Assembly (NCBI GenBank): GCA_050230475.1
Contig: JBFLGF010000188.1
Span: forward strand, 1 to 64,000
Length of the DNA stretch: 64,000 bases
Direction of reading: 5' to 3'
Source: Ancylonema sp.
Lineage: Eukaryota
Below are positions 49,630-62,800 of this stretch, piece after piece. Below the pieces are notes generated by a model. The model was given only the letters and a program-made list of their open reading frames with translations. It ran no database searches and was not told where the DNA came from. Position 1 is the stretch's first letter. The number at the start of each line of letters is the position of its first letter. Position numbers and translations under genes: made by a program.

Positions 49630-51634
49630 AGTGATCTACCTTCTATAGCAGCAGGTCTTTGTAGCGCGTCCACCGCAATAGCCTGGAGCGCAGGGTCCAC
49701 CTGCTGAACCGCCTTGATGTAGGAGGGGATCAGACGGGGACAGGAGGATAGCTACAACCCTTGGAGGGGGGACATGCAAATGAGCTGCATTTGGAAGGAT
49801 AAGGTGGGGGGATTGGGCTGGCGGCATGTAGTCACGTCTGCGGGAGAGGGCGTCCGGCTTGCCATTATTGGACCCCTTCGTGTAGACGATAGAGAAATCG
49901 TAGGCCGCTAGTGTCTCGGCCTACCGTGCATGCGGGGGGGGTCCATTGAAACTTGCCCCCTTTGCGGTTCAGAGAGGTTAGGGGGTAGAGTTACCGTCGA
50001 TGAACTTCCTATAGAAGTTGACAAAGCCAACGAATGACTGCACCTCTTTGACTGACTGGGGAATTGGCCAGTCAAGGAGGGAAGCCACCTTGGCCGGGTC
50101 CATTTCTACTCCGGCTGGTGAGATCTTGTAGCCTAGGAAGGCGATGTTATCCTCGTAAAGCTCGCACTTCTCCAGTTTAGCGTAGAGCTTGTGTTTCCGT
50201 AGGATTACAAGGACTACACTGACATGGAGAACGTGTTCCTCCTCGGTTTCAGAGTAGATGATCAGCATCATCCACCAGCATCCAGCATCCTCGCTAGGAA
50301 GACATCAAGGTACTCGCGGAAGACGTCCGTGATGAATGACTGAAAGGCTGCTAGGGCGTTGGTAGGACCAAAAGGGCAGACTTGGTATTCGAACTGCCCA
50401 TAGCGACAACGGAACGCAGTTTTTTACTCATCCCCCTCCTTCACCCGCACCTAATGGTACGCGTTGCGCAGATCGATCTTGGTGTAGACCTTCGCGCGGT
50501 GGAGGCGATCGAGCAGCTCAGGTATGAGGGGTAGGGGGCAGCGGTTTTTCACCGTGACCGCGTTGAGGTCTCCCTAGTCCACACAAAGCCGCAACTTCCC
50601 ATCCGGCTTTTTGATAAACATGACTAGAGCCCCCCCCCGATTAGTAGACGGCCATATAAAGCCGTTTGCCATGTTGTCGTTGATGTAGGTCTTGAGGGTG
50701 GCCAACTTGGGCTCAGAGGGTGAGTAGATCGGACCCCATGGGGGTTCCTTGCCAAGTAGGAGGGGGATTTGCATGTCATAGGGCCTGTGGGGGAGGAGGG
50801 TATTGGCTACTTCCACAAAAAACACGTCTGCATAGTCGTGATACTGCAGAGGAAGCTTGGCTAACAGGGTAGGGTTGGGATGGGGTTGTACAGCGGATAA
50901 AATTGCAAGTTATGGCGAGGGATCGGGACGGGGGAGGGGTGGAGGGGGGGAGGAATTGGACTGCAAACACTAGGCAGCACACTCGGAGCTGGAGAAGGTC
51001 AAAGTGCTTGGCGTTGCGTTGAAATGGTACGCGTTGCGCATATCGATCTTGATGAAGACCTTCGCGCGGTGGAGGCGATCGAGCAACTTAGGTATGAGGG
51101 GTAGGGGGCAGCGGTTTTTCACCCTGACCACGTTGAGGTCTGTGTAGTCTACAGAGAGCCGCAACTTCCCGTCCGGCTTCTTGATAAACATGATTGAACC
51201 CCCCCCCGGATTAATAGACGGCCGTATGAAGCCGTTTGCCATGTTTTCGTTGATGTAGGTCTCAAGGGTGGCCAACTCAGGCTCACAGGGTGAGTAGATC
51301 GGACCCCATGGGGGTTCCTTGCCAGGCAGGAGGGGGATTTGCATGTCATAGGGCCTGTAGGGGGGGAGGGTATTGGATGCTTCTACAAAAAACACGTCTG
51401 CATAGTCGTGATACTGCAAAAGAAGCTTGGCTAACAGGGTAGGGTTGGGGTGGGGTTGTACAACGGTTAAAATTGCAAGTTTTGGCTAGGGATCGGGAGG
51501 GGGAAGGGGTAAGGGGGGGGGGGAGCTGGACTGCAAACACTGGGCAGCACACTTGGAGTTGGAGAAGGACAAAGTGTTTGTCCGCTAGTCGATTTCAGGG
51601 TTGTGTTTGCGAAGCCAGGGGAACCCGAGGACGA
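49630..51634 (-). pseudogene. Gypsy family C pol fragments with a tandem duplication of the protease-RT junction and a deletion across RNase H
   Basis: Two successive copies of QYHDYADVF...[10 protein letters not shown]...IDxRNAYH (~51020-51630 and ~50450-51020), followed by the RT C-terminal half and [13 protein letters not shown] sequence. Confidence 0.88.
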
Positions 51635-52288
51635 CGTTCTGATTTTTTAAAAATTGGTTGAGTAGTTTGAAGTGGTATTTCCATTAGTGTGTTGCCGGAA
51701 GGTAGTAATTCTTTAAGGAAAATGCAAATACATCTCTGTTTTTTTCCAGTAAATTGAAAACTTGTGGTTTTTGTTTTGCTTTCAAATTATTACCTATTGT
51801 AACTTGTGAGTATGGTAGATTGGTAGTCCGTCTCAAATAACAATGCTTGAGTCATAGAAATGGCCTCATTCCGGAGTTTTGGTTCATTGTGTGGTACAAT
51901 GTGTGTATGGTTATGGTTCGGATAAATTCTTTGGTTGGCTCATCATAATGTAGTGTGTGATAGGCTGGTGGTATATGGTAGTTGACCCCCCCCCTATCGT
52001 TGGTTCATAAAGTGGGGTCCGACTCCTATATTAGATTATATGATGGTATAGCGTGAGTAGCCACAATCATGCCTCCCACGCATTTTGTCATGTTTCGGTC
52101 CATAGTTTTGTCCAACATAACGTTACGTTGGTCTTCGTGAATGTCTGGTGCACAAGTATCGCCATTCTCAAATCCCATGAGTCATTCCCGTTCCCAAACA
52201 TTGTCCTCTTCCCATCGTTAAGTATCGACATTGTAGATCATGCTTGGTTCTGGTACTTTCTATCGTTGGAAGGTGAATTGGTAACCAA
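51635..52288 (-). pseudogene. Cytosine-5 methyltransferase C-terminus (motifs IX-X) followed by Gypsy pre-RT linker
   Basis: PEPSMIYNVDT*RWEEDNVWERE*LMGFENGDTCAPDIHEDQRNVMLDKTMDRNMTKCVGGMIVA (~52250-52060). Then on the same strand VTIGNNLKAKQKPQVFNLLEKNRDVFAFSLK / MEIPLQTTQPIFKKSER (~51805-51635). Not in the ORF track. Confidence 0.78.
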
Positions 52289-52289
52289 G

Positions 52290-52490
52290 TTGCAAATTGC
52301 ACAAAGGGCTATGATGGCGCAAGGCCGGAATACAATGATGGCCTTAGCTGGATGGAAACGGTTTGGTATGATAATTGTCAATTCAAGATAGGTGCAAAAT
52401 ATATGAGTTGATAGGATTGCTCTAGAGGCATTCCTACCGGCTGAATATAGGAAACTCGACCCTAGTCGACTCTAGGAACACTATGGGATA
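52290..52490 (-). repeat. Internal fragment of a family-C LTR
   Basis: Contains TTGATAGGATTGCTCTAGAGGCATTCCTA and TCGACCCTAGTCGAC, as in 43693-44157. Confidence 0.8.
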
Positions 52491-53056
52491 ATGTAGGAAT
52501 TATATCGGATAGCCATGCTTGGTAGTGTGCTAGTCCGAGCTACCGGTTAGTGTAACCGGTAGGATTCTTAGGGTGTGTTCACGGCTATTGTTAAAACCTT
52601 CTAAAACGATTTGTCACTTAACACGGTAGCGCACAAGTTCATTGCTTTACAATACACGACAACAAACTGTACGGTACAGCAACAGCGTTTTGGTATGATT
52701 GTGAAATGTAGTTAGAAAAGCATTCTCGTCGGGCTAATGTACCCGACGAGGCGACACCGGTACATAACCGACGGTCGGAACTATCGACCGCCGTCGTGCT
52801 ACCGTGTGTCCACGGCAACGTGCCGGACTCGACTGTCTGTCACCACACAAACCCAACTAATGCGGTGGTGACACCGCATAGCATACTACAACGACTACTA
52901 GTTTGGTCACGTCCGTGCAAGTGTGGACGTGCCGTGTGCGGACGGATACCCGGGTATAGCATTCCCGGCTCCGTGTCCTAAAAGACTCTAAGGCAATTTA
53001 GCCGGACAAAGCAAACAAGATATTTTCGTGCCTATCCGAACTCAAATTCCTAACCA
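52491..53056. repeat. Copia LTR sequence with U3-type ends on both sides
   Basis: Left end TGTAGGAATTATATCGGATAGCCA (+). Right end TGGTTAGGAATTTGAGTTCGGATAGGCA (-), next to PPT GAGGGGGTG. Confidence 0.65.
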
Positions 53057-56000
53057 CACCCCCTCGGATGCACAGCCTTGTTTGGCAGTCTAGTGCAAAA
53101 GAGGACTACCCTACAAAGCCGGGTAGTTGGTCTTCCCTAGTCAAATATAATCACTAGGGGCTCCTATCTATATCATCTCAAATCATTACGCATGAACAAC
53201 GCTCGCTCCCGATCCTTGTCGTTTTTCGAGCCAAGCCCTGAACATACAAACAAAAACAACAAGTTAGTCGACAAACAAAAAACATAAAAAGTTGATTTTT
53301 GACTTTCCAGTTTTGAGTCAGAAAATTAAACTTGCATAATTTGAAAACCAAATCACTCTGCATAAATTCTTGAAAACATAACAAATAACTCTCAGACTTT
53401 GACACAACACTCGCAAGGTCAATATCAACATACCTGCGAAAATTCAGATTAAAAAAAGTTCAGATGCAAAAGTTCAGTTTTCAGATTTTAGCATCTGTGT
53501 CACACAAATCACCCCCTTCTAGAATAGGCAGTGGATCCGAAAGCTCCTCACGAGCACCACTTGTTTATTTGACTTTTCCAAAACCTACAAACTTCGTGTG
53601 CCTATCTAGCAAGAGTTGAGGCAAGGCCTTAGTCAACATATGTGCTGGTTGCAATTCCCCACTAAGATGTACATATCTCAGTCGACCTTTTCTGTGGCAC
53701 TCCCTGACCCAACTGGCGTTGGACTGGGTTGATGATCATAGACAAGGCTGAGTTTGAGTCAGTATGAACAGTAATCTGGACTGGCATCTTAATTTCATGT
53801 AGGAGCGACTTAAGGTAGCAGCACTCTTTACTGACACTACATGCTGCAATATACCCTGCCTTTGCCGTACTTTGTGCCACGGTGGTTTGTTTCTGACTCT
53901 TCCAACTGAGGGCTGTCCCTCCTACTGTGGTGACCCATCCTGTGACTGACTTAGCTGTCATGGGGCAACTGTTGTAACTCGCATCACAAAACCCCTTTAT
54001 TTCCAAGCGTTTCTTGCCTACAAACGTAAGACCGTGATCCTGAGTACCCTTTAGATAGCGGAAGAGATGATGAAGTGCCTTGATATGATTAGGGCCAGGG
54101 TTGGACATGTGTTTTGCTAGCACCCCTATAGTGTACGCAATGTCTAACCTGGTGTGTTTCATAGCATAGATTAAACTTCCTATCTTCCCTCTAAATTCTG
54201 TGATAATTTCAGGGGAAGGGGGGAAAGAGGGTTCATCACTTAGGGAGAGAATTGGGTTCCAGGGGCAAGGGAGTTTGGTGGGGTTACAGTCCCCCATACC
54301 ATACCGATCCAGCACTTGTGTCTCACATACCCGCCCTGAAATAGTTAACATTCTGCACCCCCTGTCACGTCTCACTTCCACCCCCAGGATGTGGGTTAGG
54401 GGACCTAAGTCTTTCATCTTGAAAGCTGACCCTGACTCCTTCTTAAACTCAGCAATGACCTTTTTATTAGGACCTACAATGACCTGATCATCTACATGAA
54501 TACCCAAAATAATTCTGCTCTGACCTCCACCCCTGGTATATATACATGTGTCCATAATAGACTGTCGGAAACCCACTTTCATCATGAACTCACTAAACAT
54601 CTTAGCCCAGACGTGGCTACTCTGTTTAAGACCATAGAGGGCACCTCGAACTCTTAACACCTTTCCCTCACTACCACGTGGGATATTCATACCCGGGGGA
54701 ATCGTCATGTAAACCTCTTCTTCTAACCGACCATGCAAGAATGCAGTCACTACGTCCATACCCTCGATTTCCCAGTCATTCTGGTTAGCTATAGCAAGCA
54801 GCAAGGAAATAGAAGTGCTATCTACAACAGGTGCAAACACCTCGTTGTAGTCGACACCCTCTTGCTGCAGAAATCCCTGAGCTACTAGTCTGACCCTATG
54901 CCTCTCGATCTCACCAGAAGGCAAGAGTTTGAGTTTGAAGACATACTTACAGCCCAACAGGCCGTTTTCCAGCTGGGAGCACACATACTTCGAAGGTCTT
55001 GAAATCCTTCAGCGACTGCAGCACAGTCTGAATAGCTTCCTCCCACTGCTGCCAATCAGGTCGTTTCTTTGCTTGGTTAAGGGTGAGTAGGTCAGAAGAG
55101 TTAGCTGTCTGGCTAGCAAGAACATAACCTGGATCAACTGGCCCATTAAAACCCGTGAAAAAATAGGAGGGCTCAAAGTTGTCAACAGGCATCTGCCCAC
55201 ATGCAATAGCGTCAATGACATCCTCATCTAACTCTTCCCATCACATCAGCATACATCCCCAAACTCAGCAAAATTTACCCGACGTGTCTGGCCATCACAC
55301 GATCTCGATACTCTGATCCTCCACTCCCGCTTCATAACCCCATCCTTGCACCTCCTCCTCCTCATTTGCACCCCCAATATCATTTTACGCCTGACTCCGA
55401 GAGTTCGATGACTTCTGGCTGGTGTGGCTGGACGGCTGGTACATAGGCTGCAGGGACTGCTGGTACATGGGCTGGTGTTCTGGCTGCTGCTGCTGGGTCA
55501 TCATTTTCCTCACATGGGAAGAGTTCGAAAAACTGTTCATCTGAGGGAGGGGAAAGTGGCTGCGCTGCTGCATTCTTCCCCATCAATCGGGGGTAGCCTG
55601 GCACGAAGTCGTAAAAACGCACGTCTGTCCTCACGATGAGACGAGCTTGCAGGGGATCGGAAATCCTGTACCCTGCCTGACCAGCTGCCATCCCCAGAAA
55701 CACCCCAAAGGCTGTCCTAGATGCAAACTTAGCACTCTTAGGGTCCTTATCATGACCAACCTACAAATACTGGACCAGGCACCCGAATGTGTGGCTATCC
55801 TGATACCTAACCTTCTTGTTCGACCAAACCTCACTCGGTTTCTCACCCCCCAATGCTGCTGTTGGTGACCTATTCCTTAGCCAGTTTGCATGCAACACAG
55901 CAACATCCCAATAAGACTTGGGCAGTCCACTCCACAGCAACAGGCATCTCATCTTCTCTAGCAAGGTTCTATTCAGCCGTTCACAAATCCCAGACTGTAC

Positions 56001-57412
56001 GGACCTGTTTACTCATGCTTAAATTCTTTACTCTTAGCAAACTTTGTCCACTGATGTGAGTCATACTCCCCTCCCATGTCAGTCCTGATCGACTTAAGCG
56101 GTAAATCAGCAGATCTGGACCAATTCCCTAGTAACTTCCAGTGCCTCACTCTTTTTCTTCAGCAAACTCACAAAAGACACTCTTGTGCTGACCTCTATCC
56201 CTGACTAGAAATACTGGTAACCCCCATTTGCTGACATTACAGCCAAAGGCCCTACCACATCCAAATGAATTCTACCCATCTTCTGTGCATGACCTAGACC
56301 CTCATCACTGTCTGACCTAGACCGGTGTGGCAGCTGAGTCATCTTGCCCTGGCTACAGATCTGACAGTTCTTGACCTGCTCGACCTCCTCAACGAGTCAG
56401 TCTCGGTATATCACCAGCTCTAGACATGTTTGACATAGCAGGGAGACCCGGGTGACCCAGTCTGATGTGCCAAAGCATGCCAGTCGACGTGGTTAGTGCC
56501 ACAAATGGCTTTGAAGCTGTAGGTGGGAGATGAAAGACATGCGCAAAAAGCAGGAGTAACCGTGAACTGGTTTTCATAACATCTGCCCACTTTTCACCTC
56601 CCAAAGACAGAGATGGCACCCCACTCTCACTGAGATTGAAGCCGATCTCAGCTCCCTTGTTGAGCTTGTTGACGGAGACGAGAGTCTAGCCCAGCAATGG
56701 CACGTGAATAGCGACCGCAGCCCAAAATAGATTCTTGTCTCCGTAGGTCACCTGGATTGCGACGATCCCAAATCCCATGACCTGATGAGGTAGGTTGTCA
56801 GCTATTTTGACGAAACTGCAGCTGTAGGGGACATTGGAGTCGTAGGAATGGAACTGGTCGCGTTGAGGGAAGACGTGGTCCGTGGCCCCCGTGTCCAGGA
56901 TCAGATACTGCCCCTCCTGCGATGTCGACAGCACCTGAACAGCACCTGACTGCTGCATGGGAACATTGTCATCCCAAAATGCCCCTCTCCTACCCCTCCC
57001 TTGAAGTCTTCCGAAGCTCTGCACTCCTGCAAAATTTGCCCATCTAACTTGGCTAGCAGCATCCTGCCTCATTACAGTGCAGGCGTCATGATCATGGCCA
57101 GGTCGCTTGCAATAGGTACACGACAGGGCATTCTCCTGATGTTGTCCTCCTTGTTGTCGATTCTTTCCATACTGTTGCCCTCCGCTACGTCCTCCACCGA
57201 ACTGCTGCCGCCCTCCTTGATGTCGTCGCTGCCCGCCTGACTGCTGGCTATCGGGCCGCGCTTTCGTCGGCAGTCTCGCATGAGGTGGCCTGGCGCATTG
57301 CAGTTGTGGCACTTCTTCTGAGGTCCAGCTCCTCGAGCCCCTGGCCACCTCCATCTCCGTTCGGGCAGCTAGTTCGATAGTCCGAACTGGTGACACCCGT
57401 GGCAGCGGACGT
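53057..57412 (-). mobile_element. 5'-truncated Ty1/Copia element (gag end, protease, integrase, RT, RNase H, 3' UTR, PPT)
   Basis: CTYCKRPGH; LILDTGATDH; LWHIRLGHPG; RLVAQGFLQQEGVDYNEVFAPV; MDVVTAFLHG; IHVDD; GFCDASY. Confidence 0.93.
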
Positions 57413-59717
57413 TGTAGGAATTATATCGGATAGCCATGTTTGCTAGCATGCTAGTCCGGATTGCCGGTTAGTGTAACCGGTAGGGTTCCTCGGTTGTGCT
57501 TATAATGAGGGGCCGGACTTCTGTCCGGACACCCGAATCTGACGTTTCGATTGTGCCGTTTGTAGCACGTGCGGTCTAGATGGTTCCGAATCTAGACGTT
57601 ATGTTTTGTCAGACTGTCCGTTTTGTCAGACTGTCCGGCGTGTGCCGTTGACAGGATCTGACTGTTGTTGAGTTATGATAGGCCGACGGTTCGCAGACAC
57701 GACCGTCGGCACACTTTGTAGATTCACGTTGTGGACGAGGCATCGTGATATACCTACATGATGCCGACCATTCAAAATTATTCTTCCAACTCAACACTTT
57801 GTCATTGATCATTTCTGAGAGACGTAAGTTCACACTGCCTCGCACCCCGATCACGTAACATCCCGAAAAGGTTCTGGGCCCACTAGCGGACTAGTTAAAG
57901 ACGTTGTGTCAATAACTACAGGCATTCCACGCGAGTCGGTGCTAAAGGCACTCTGAGGTTGAGGTTATTAAGTACTGCACGTAATCCTTCGATTGCGCTG
58001 CCAGTGACTGAGGTGTGAGTAGCGCTGCACGAAACACGCTGAAGAAAGCAGCTGGGAGCTGAGCACCAAGAATTTTAGGTGTTGCCTAACATGACGGAAA
58101 AGTCATACATTCCGGTCTTCACAGGAGCAGACTACAAAGGGTGGGCATTTAAAATTAAGTTCGGTCTGGCAGACAAGGAGCTGCACGACATAGTTATGGA
58201 TTGGGGAAAGTCGCCGAGGCAAGAAGAGCCTGCAGTGTTTTTACCACACACGCAGGATGAGCTCGATACGGTGGATGCTGCGGACGTCGCTAGAACGGTC
58301 ACGGCACGCACCCAGCTCATCAGTCGACAGACTCTCCTTTGAGAGGTCTGGTCGAAGAAGAATATCGCCGCGATGGCCTACATCGTCAAACACCTCCAGA
58401 CGGGGGAGCTGACGCATGTGAGAAACTGCACGACTGCTGCAGAGATGTGGGAGGCCCTGAAGTCTTTCTACGACATTCAGGGAGCCATCGAAAATTGCCA
58501 ACGCTAAGCTGAGCTCACGGCAATTATCATGGGAGAGGCGGAGGAGCTGAGCGATTACGTCAAGCGACTTCAGGAGCTGCACGACCGGCTGGGGCATCTA
58601 GGGGAGCCAGTCAATCCGGCAAAGCAGACGATAAATTTCCTGAATTCCCTGAACACTCGCTACAGCGCACGAGTGGAGAGCGTGATGTCCTGGGCAGTTT
58701 CTGCACCATCACTCTTCACGATCCCTCAGGCCGTCAGCACTCTGTAAGCTGGCGATCGACGGGAGGCCTGCAACGACCGGAAGAGAGGGGCGCTGCCGGG
58801 AGGGCAGCAGGCCAATTTCGTAGGAAGGGGAGGTTACTCGGGCAGCTCCGGAGCTGGCCTAAGTCGGACCGGGGTGGGATCGGCGTTCCCGGAAGTCGCG
58901 ACCTGACGAGAACTCAGTGCTACGGCTGCAACCAGTATGGCCACCTGAAGTCGGATTGCCCCGTGCGTCCGCCGATGAGGTGCCATGGCTGCAACCAGAC
59001 CGGCCACAGGCTGTCGCAATGCGGCCAGCAACGGCACGGTGGAGGAGGAAGATCGCGGCTGGCCAGGGAAGTGGCAGTCTCCGAAACCCCTAAGTGCAGA
59101 TACTGTGATAAGCTTGGACACACATTGGCAGAATGTTTGAAGCGTAAATCTGACCTCGCATTGTCTGCACCTGATTCGAATCTCCGTAATCAAGCTCAGG
59201 CTAGACTTGCTGCAAGACCAGACACACCTTTTGATGCCTCTAAATCCTTAGCTTATGCAGCATTCTCATCTCACGCACGGATTGCGATGGCAGCTGGAAC
59301 TGATTGTTCGCATCTGTGGCTTGATTCAGGCTCGACCGATCACGTCTTCGAAACCGAGACCACTTCGTCGAGTACGACACCAACGTCCCAATGCAGCATT
59401 CTTTCATCCACACGGCTGACGGCACGCCCCACAAGGACGAGGGGACAGGCTTCGTGCACGTGAAAGTGAAGAACGACGACTCCTCTTTCGTCGTCCCTCT
59501 CGCGGCTCTGCACGTCCCTACAGTCGCTGCGACCCTGGTGTCCACCGACTGCCTCGTCCAGAGACGTGGGCTGAGCTTTGCCCAGACACCACATGGCCCC
59601 AAACTGACTAAGAATGGACTGAAATGGGCTGATGTCAGCAGGCAGAGGAATTGTCTGTCGTTGGCTGCATGATCTATCATCATGCCTGGTTCTTCTGGTC
59701 TGCAAGCTATTCTGTCC
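57413..59717 (+). mobile_element. 5' part of a Ty1/Copia element (LTR 57413-57869, PBS GGTTCTGGGCCCA, gag with three zinc knuckles, protease)
   Basis: MTEKSYIPVFTGADYKGWAFKIK; CYGCNQYGHLKSDC; CHGCNQTGHRLSQC; CRYCDKLGHTLAEC; LWLDSGSTDHVF. Stops and frameshifts present. Confidence 0.9.
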
Positions 59718-59834
59718 ATTCAATATCCCCCTCAGGTGTGATTTTCATCTTAAACACATAGCGACACCCCACAGCCTTATTACCTGGAGGAAGAACACAC
59801 ACCTCGAAGGTGTAGAACGTCTTTAGGGCAGCAA

Positions 59835-62800
59835 TGTTAGGACCCTCGCTACAGTCACTAGGGCTCCCTAGCAAGGTCCCTACACTTAGCGCTAGAGCAC
59901 TACTAGCTCAGTTTTCCCTATAACGAGTTCTGCCCCTATATAGAGAGAGTTGTGTCCCTAGCGGCCGCCTCGCCCCTAGGGAGTATTCTGATGTGTCCTT
60001 AGCTTAGGCAATTGTGCCTTTAGCCAGACTTGATGTGTCATTAGCATATTCAAAGTGAGTTGTCCCACATTGATCCTAGAGTCGCCTAGGGTCGACTTTC
60101 CTATATCTAGTCCATAGGAATGCCTCTAGGGCATTCCTATCAACTCATGTATTGCACTCTCCGAGTTGACCATTATTACCAAAACCAAAACATCCATTCC
60201 GGCTTCGGCCACCATTGTCATTCCGGCCTTTTTCCGTCATTGTTATTGTGCATTGCAATTAGCTTGCTAGAGACGCCTTTTGCATCCGCCCCTAACACTT
60301 TGATAGGAATTAACTTTTGAGGTTTTTTTATATAATCTTCTAGATCTGAACCTCATTCCAGCCGCCATCTTTTTTCATCTACTTCCATTCCTTCATGTCT
60401 TCACCCAATCTCCAATAAGTCATAGAGGCATTGCGCCAGATGCAAATTTCACAAGATGAAAAGTTCGAAATATTGGCTGATAAAAATCAGGATATTAGGA
60501 GCAAGTTTACAGAGCTCTCTGAGCAGGTGGCTTATGAATCTAACTACCTGGCTTCTACCCCTGACCCAGCCGCCTTAAAACCCCAAACTACAACCCCCCT
60601 CCAGGATCTGGTTCCAGCTGACCCCCTTAAGTTTGATGGCAAACCTCAGCATCTAAATCCCTTTTGCAACCAGGTCCGATCCATGATCAGGCTGGCTCCT
60701 AAACGGTTCAGCAACCCTATCCAAACTTTCCACTATGTCGGCAACCTCCTAAGTGGCCCAGCCTACGACTGGTTCTTTGACTACCTCGACGACAATGGGG
60801 ACCTCCCGGCAGGTTTTGGTGCTCCAAAGCTGCAAACTGAGCTCCAGAAGTGCTTCGAGGAGGGGGATACTCGCCTCACCAAAGAACGACATCTGCGCGA
60901 GCTCAGACATACAAGTTCAGTGTCAGACTTCGCAGTCCAGTTTAGAGCCATTGTCAAGACCTTCCCGCATTGGCCTGTCCACCTATGCATCTACACCTTC
61001 TTCGAAAAGCTCAAGCCAGATCTTCGGAGAGAGATCCTCAAGGTCCACGACCACCCATAAACTTTCTTTGAATACGTTACCTTTGTCAAGAAGGTGGAGA
61101 ACAGTATGGCTGCCAGCAGTCTGGACCGGCCCTCCAAACGTGCATACATCCATCCCCACGCCAGATCTGCCCTCCCAGATCAGATTCCCCAACCCATTCC
61201 CCCTCACCTCCAGGGAGTTCCCATGGAGCTTGATGGCACCCGCAGACCGATCCTCAAGTTGCAGCCTGGAGAGCTGCAGCGCCGCAAGGATGTTGGCCTG
61301 TGCCACTACTCTGGCCTGGCTGGCCACGTCTTACAAAACTGCCCATCCAACAGAAACCCCCGCCATCACGTCCGCTTCCTAGAGGTGCATCCCGAGGAGT
61401 CAAAAAACGACTTCTCCCCACTGTCCTCGGAGGGATCTGTGGGGGTTCTCCATCCCTACCCTCCCCATTTCCTCAACCCCGCCAGCTTTTGCTGGCCTGC
61501 CAGATCCTCCGATACCCCCTTCCCCCTATCCCAGTTTAGGTGTCAATCGACTCTGAAGCATCACGCAACTTTATCGACCCCCAGCTCCTCGCAGACAACA
61601 ACCTTATCACCCACCCCCACCCCCATCCCCTACAAGTTGAGCTCATTGACGGCAGCCCTCCGGCTGCCGGTCTTATCACCTGTTTCTTCCCAGCCCAGAT
61701 CCGATCTCCCGGCAACCATACCGAAACCCTTACCTTGGATGTCACCCGCCTGGCTCACAGCCCGGTCGTCCTTGGCTTCCCCTGTTTCCGCAAGCACAAC
61801 CACACCATAGACTCGCAGGCAGGCTCCCTGTCCTTTACCAACTCCCAGTGTGCTGCCGCGTGCCTGCAGTCTAGTTCCCCCCCCTCCTCACCCCCGTCCC
61901 CTCCCGATCCCCAACCAAAACCTGTAGTTTTAGCCGGTGTCCAATCCCAACTCGACCCCCTTCTTTTAACCAAGCGTCCCCCCCAATAACACGACTATGC
62001 AGACGTGTTTTCTGAGGCAACAGCCAATAATCTACCCCCCCACAGGCCTTATGACCTGCGAATCCCCCTCCTGCCTGGCAAGTAACCTCCTTGGGGTCCG
62101 ATCTACTCTCTTTCCGAACCTGAGTTGGTAACCCTGAAGACTTACATCAAGGACAACGTGGAAAACGGCTTTATACGGCCGTCTACCAGTCCGGGGGGGG
62201 CCCTAGTCATGTGTATCAAGAAGCCGGACGAGAAGCTGAGGCTGTGTGTGGACTACAGAGCACTCAACGCGGTCACGGTGAAAAACCGTTGCCCCCTACC
62301 CCTCACACCTGAGCTGCTCGATCGCCTCCACCGCGCCAAGGTCTTCACCAAGATCGATCTCCGCAATGCGTACCATTATCTGCTGGGTACAAGAGGGGGA
62401 TGAGTACAAAACAACGTTCCGCTGTCGTTATGGGCACTTCGAATACCAGGTTTGCCCCTTCGGTCCTACCAACGCCTTAGCATCCTTCCAGTCCTTCATC
62501 TCGGACGTCTTTCGGGAGTACCTCGATGTCTTCCTAGCGGGGATGCTAGACGACATGATCATCTACTCAGACACCAAGGACGTACACGTCCCCCACGTCT
62601 GTGCAGTCTTGGGAGTCCTACGCAAGCACAAGCTCTACGCTAAACTAGAGAAATGCAAGTTCCACGTGGACAACATCGCCTTCCTGGGCTACAAGATCTC
62701 ACCAGCCGGAGTGGAGATAGACCCAGCCAAGGTGGCCTCCCTCCTTGACTGGCCAATTCCCTAGTCGGTCAAGGAGGTACAATCGTTCCTTGGATTTGCC

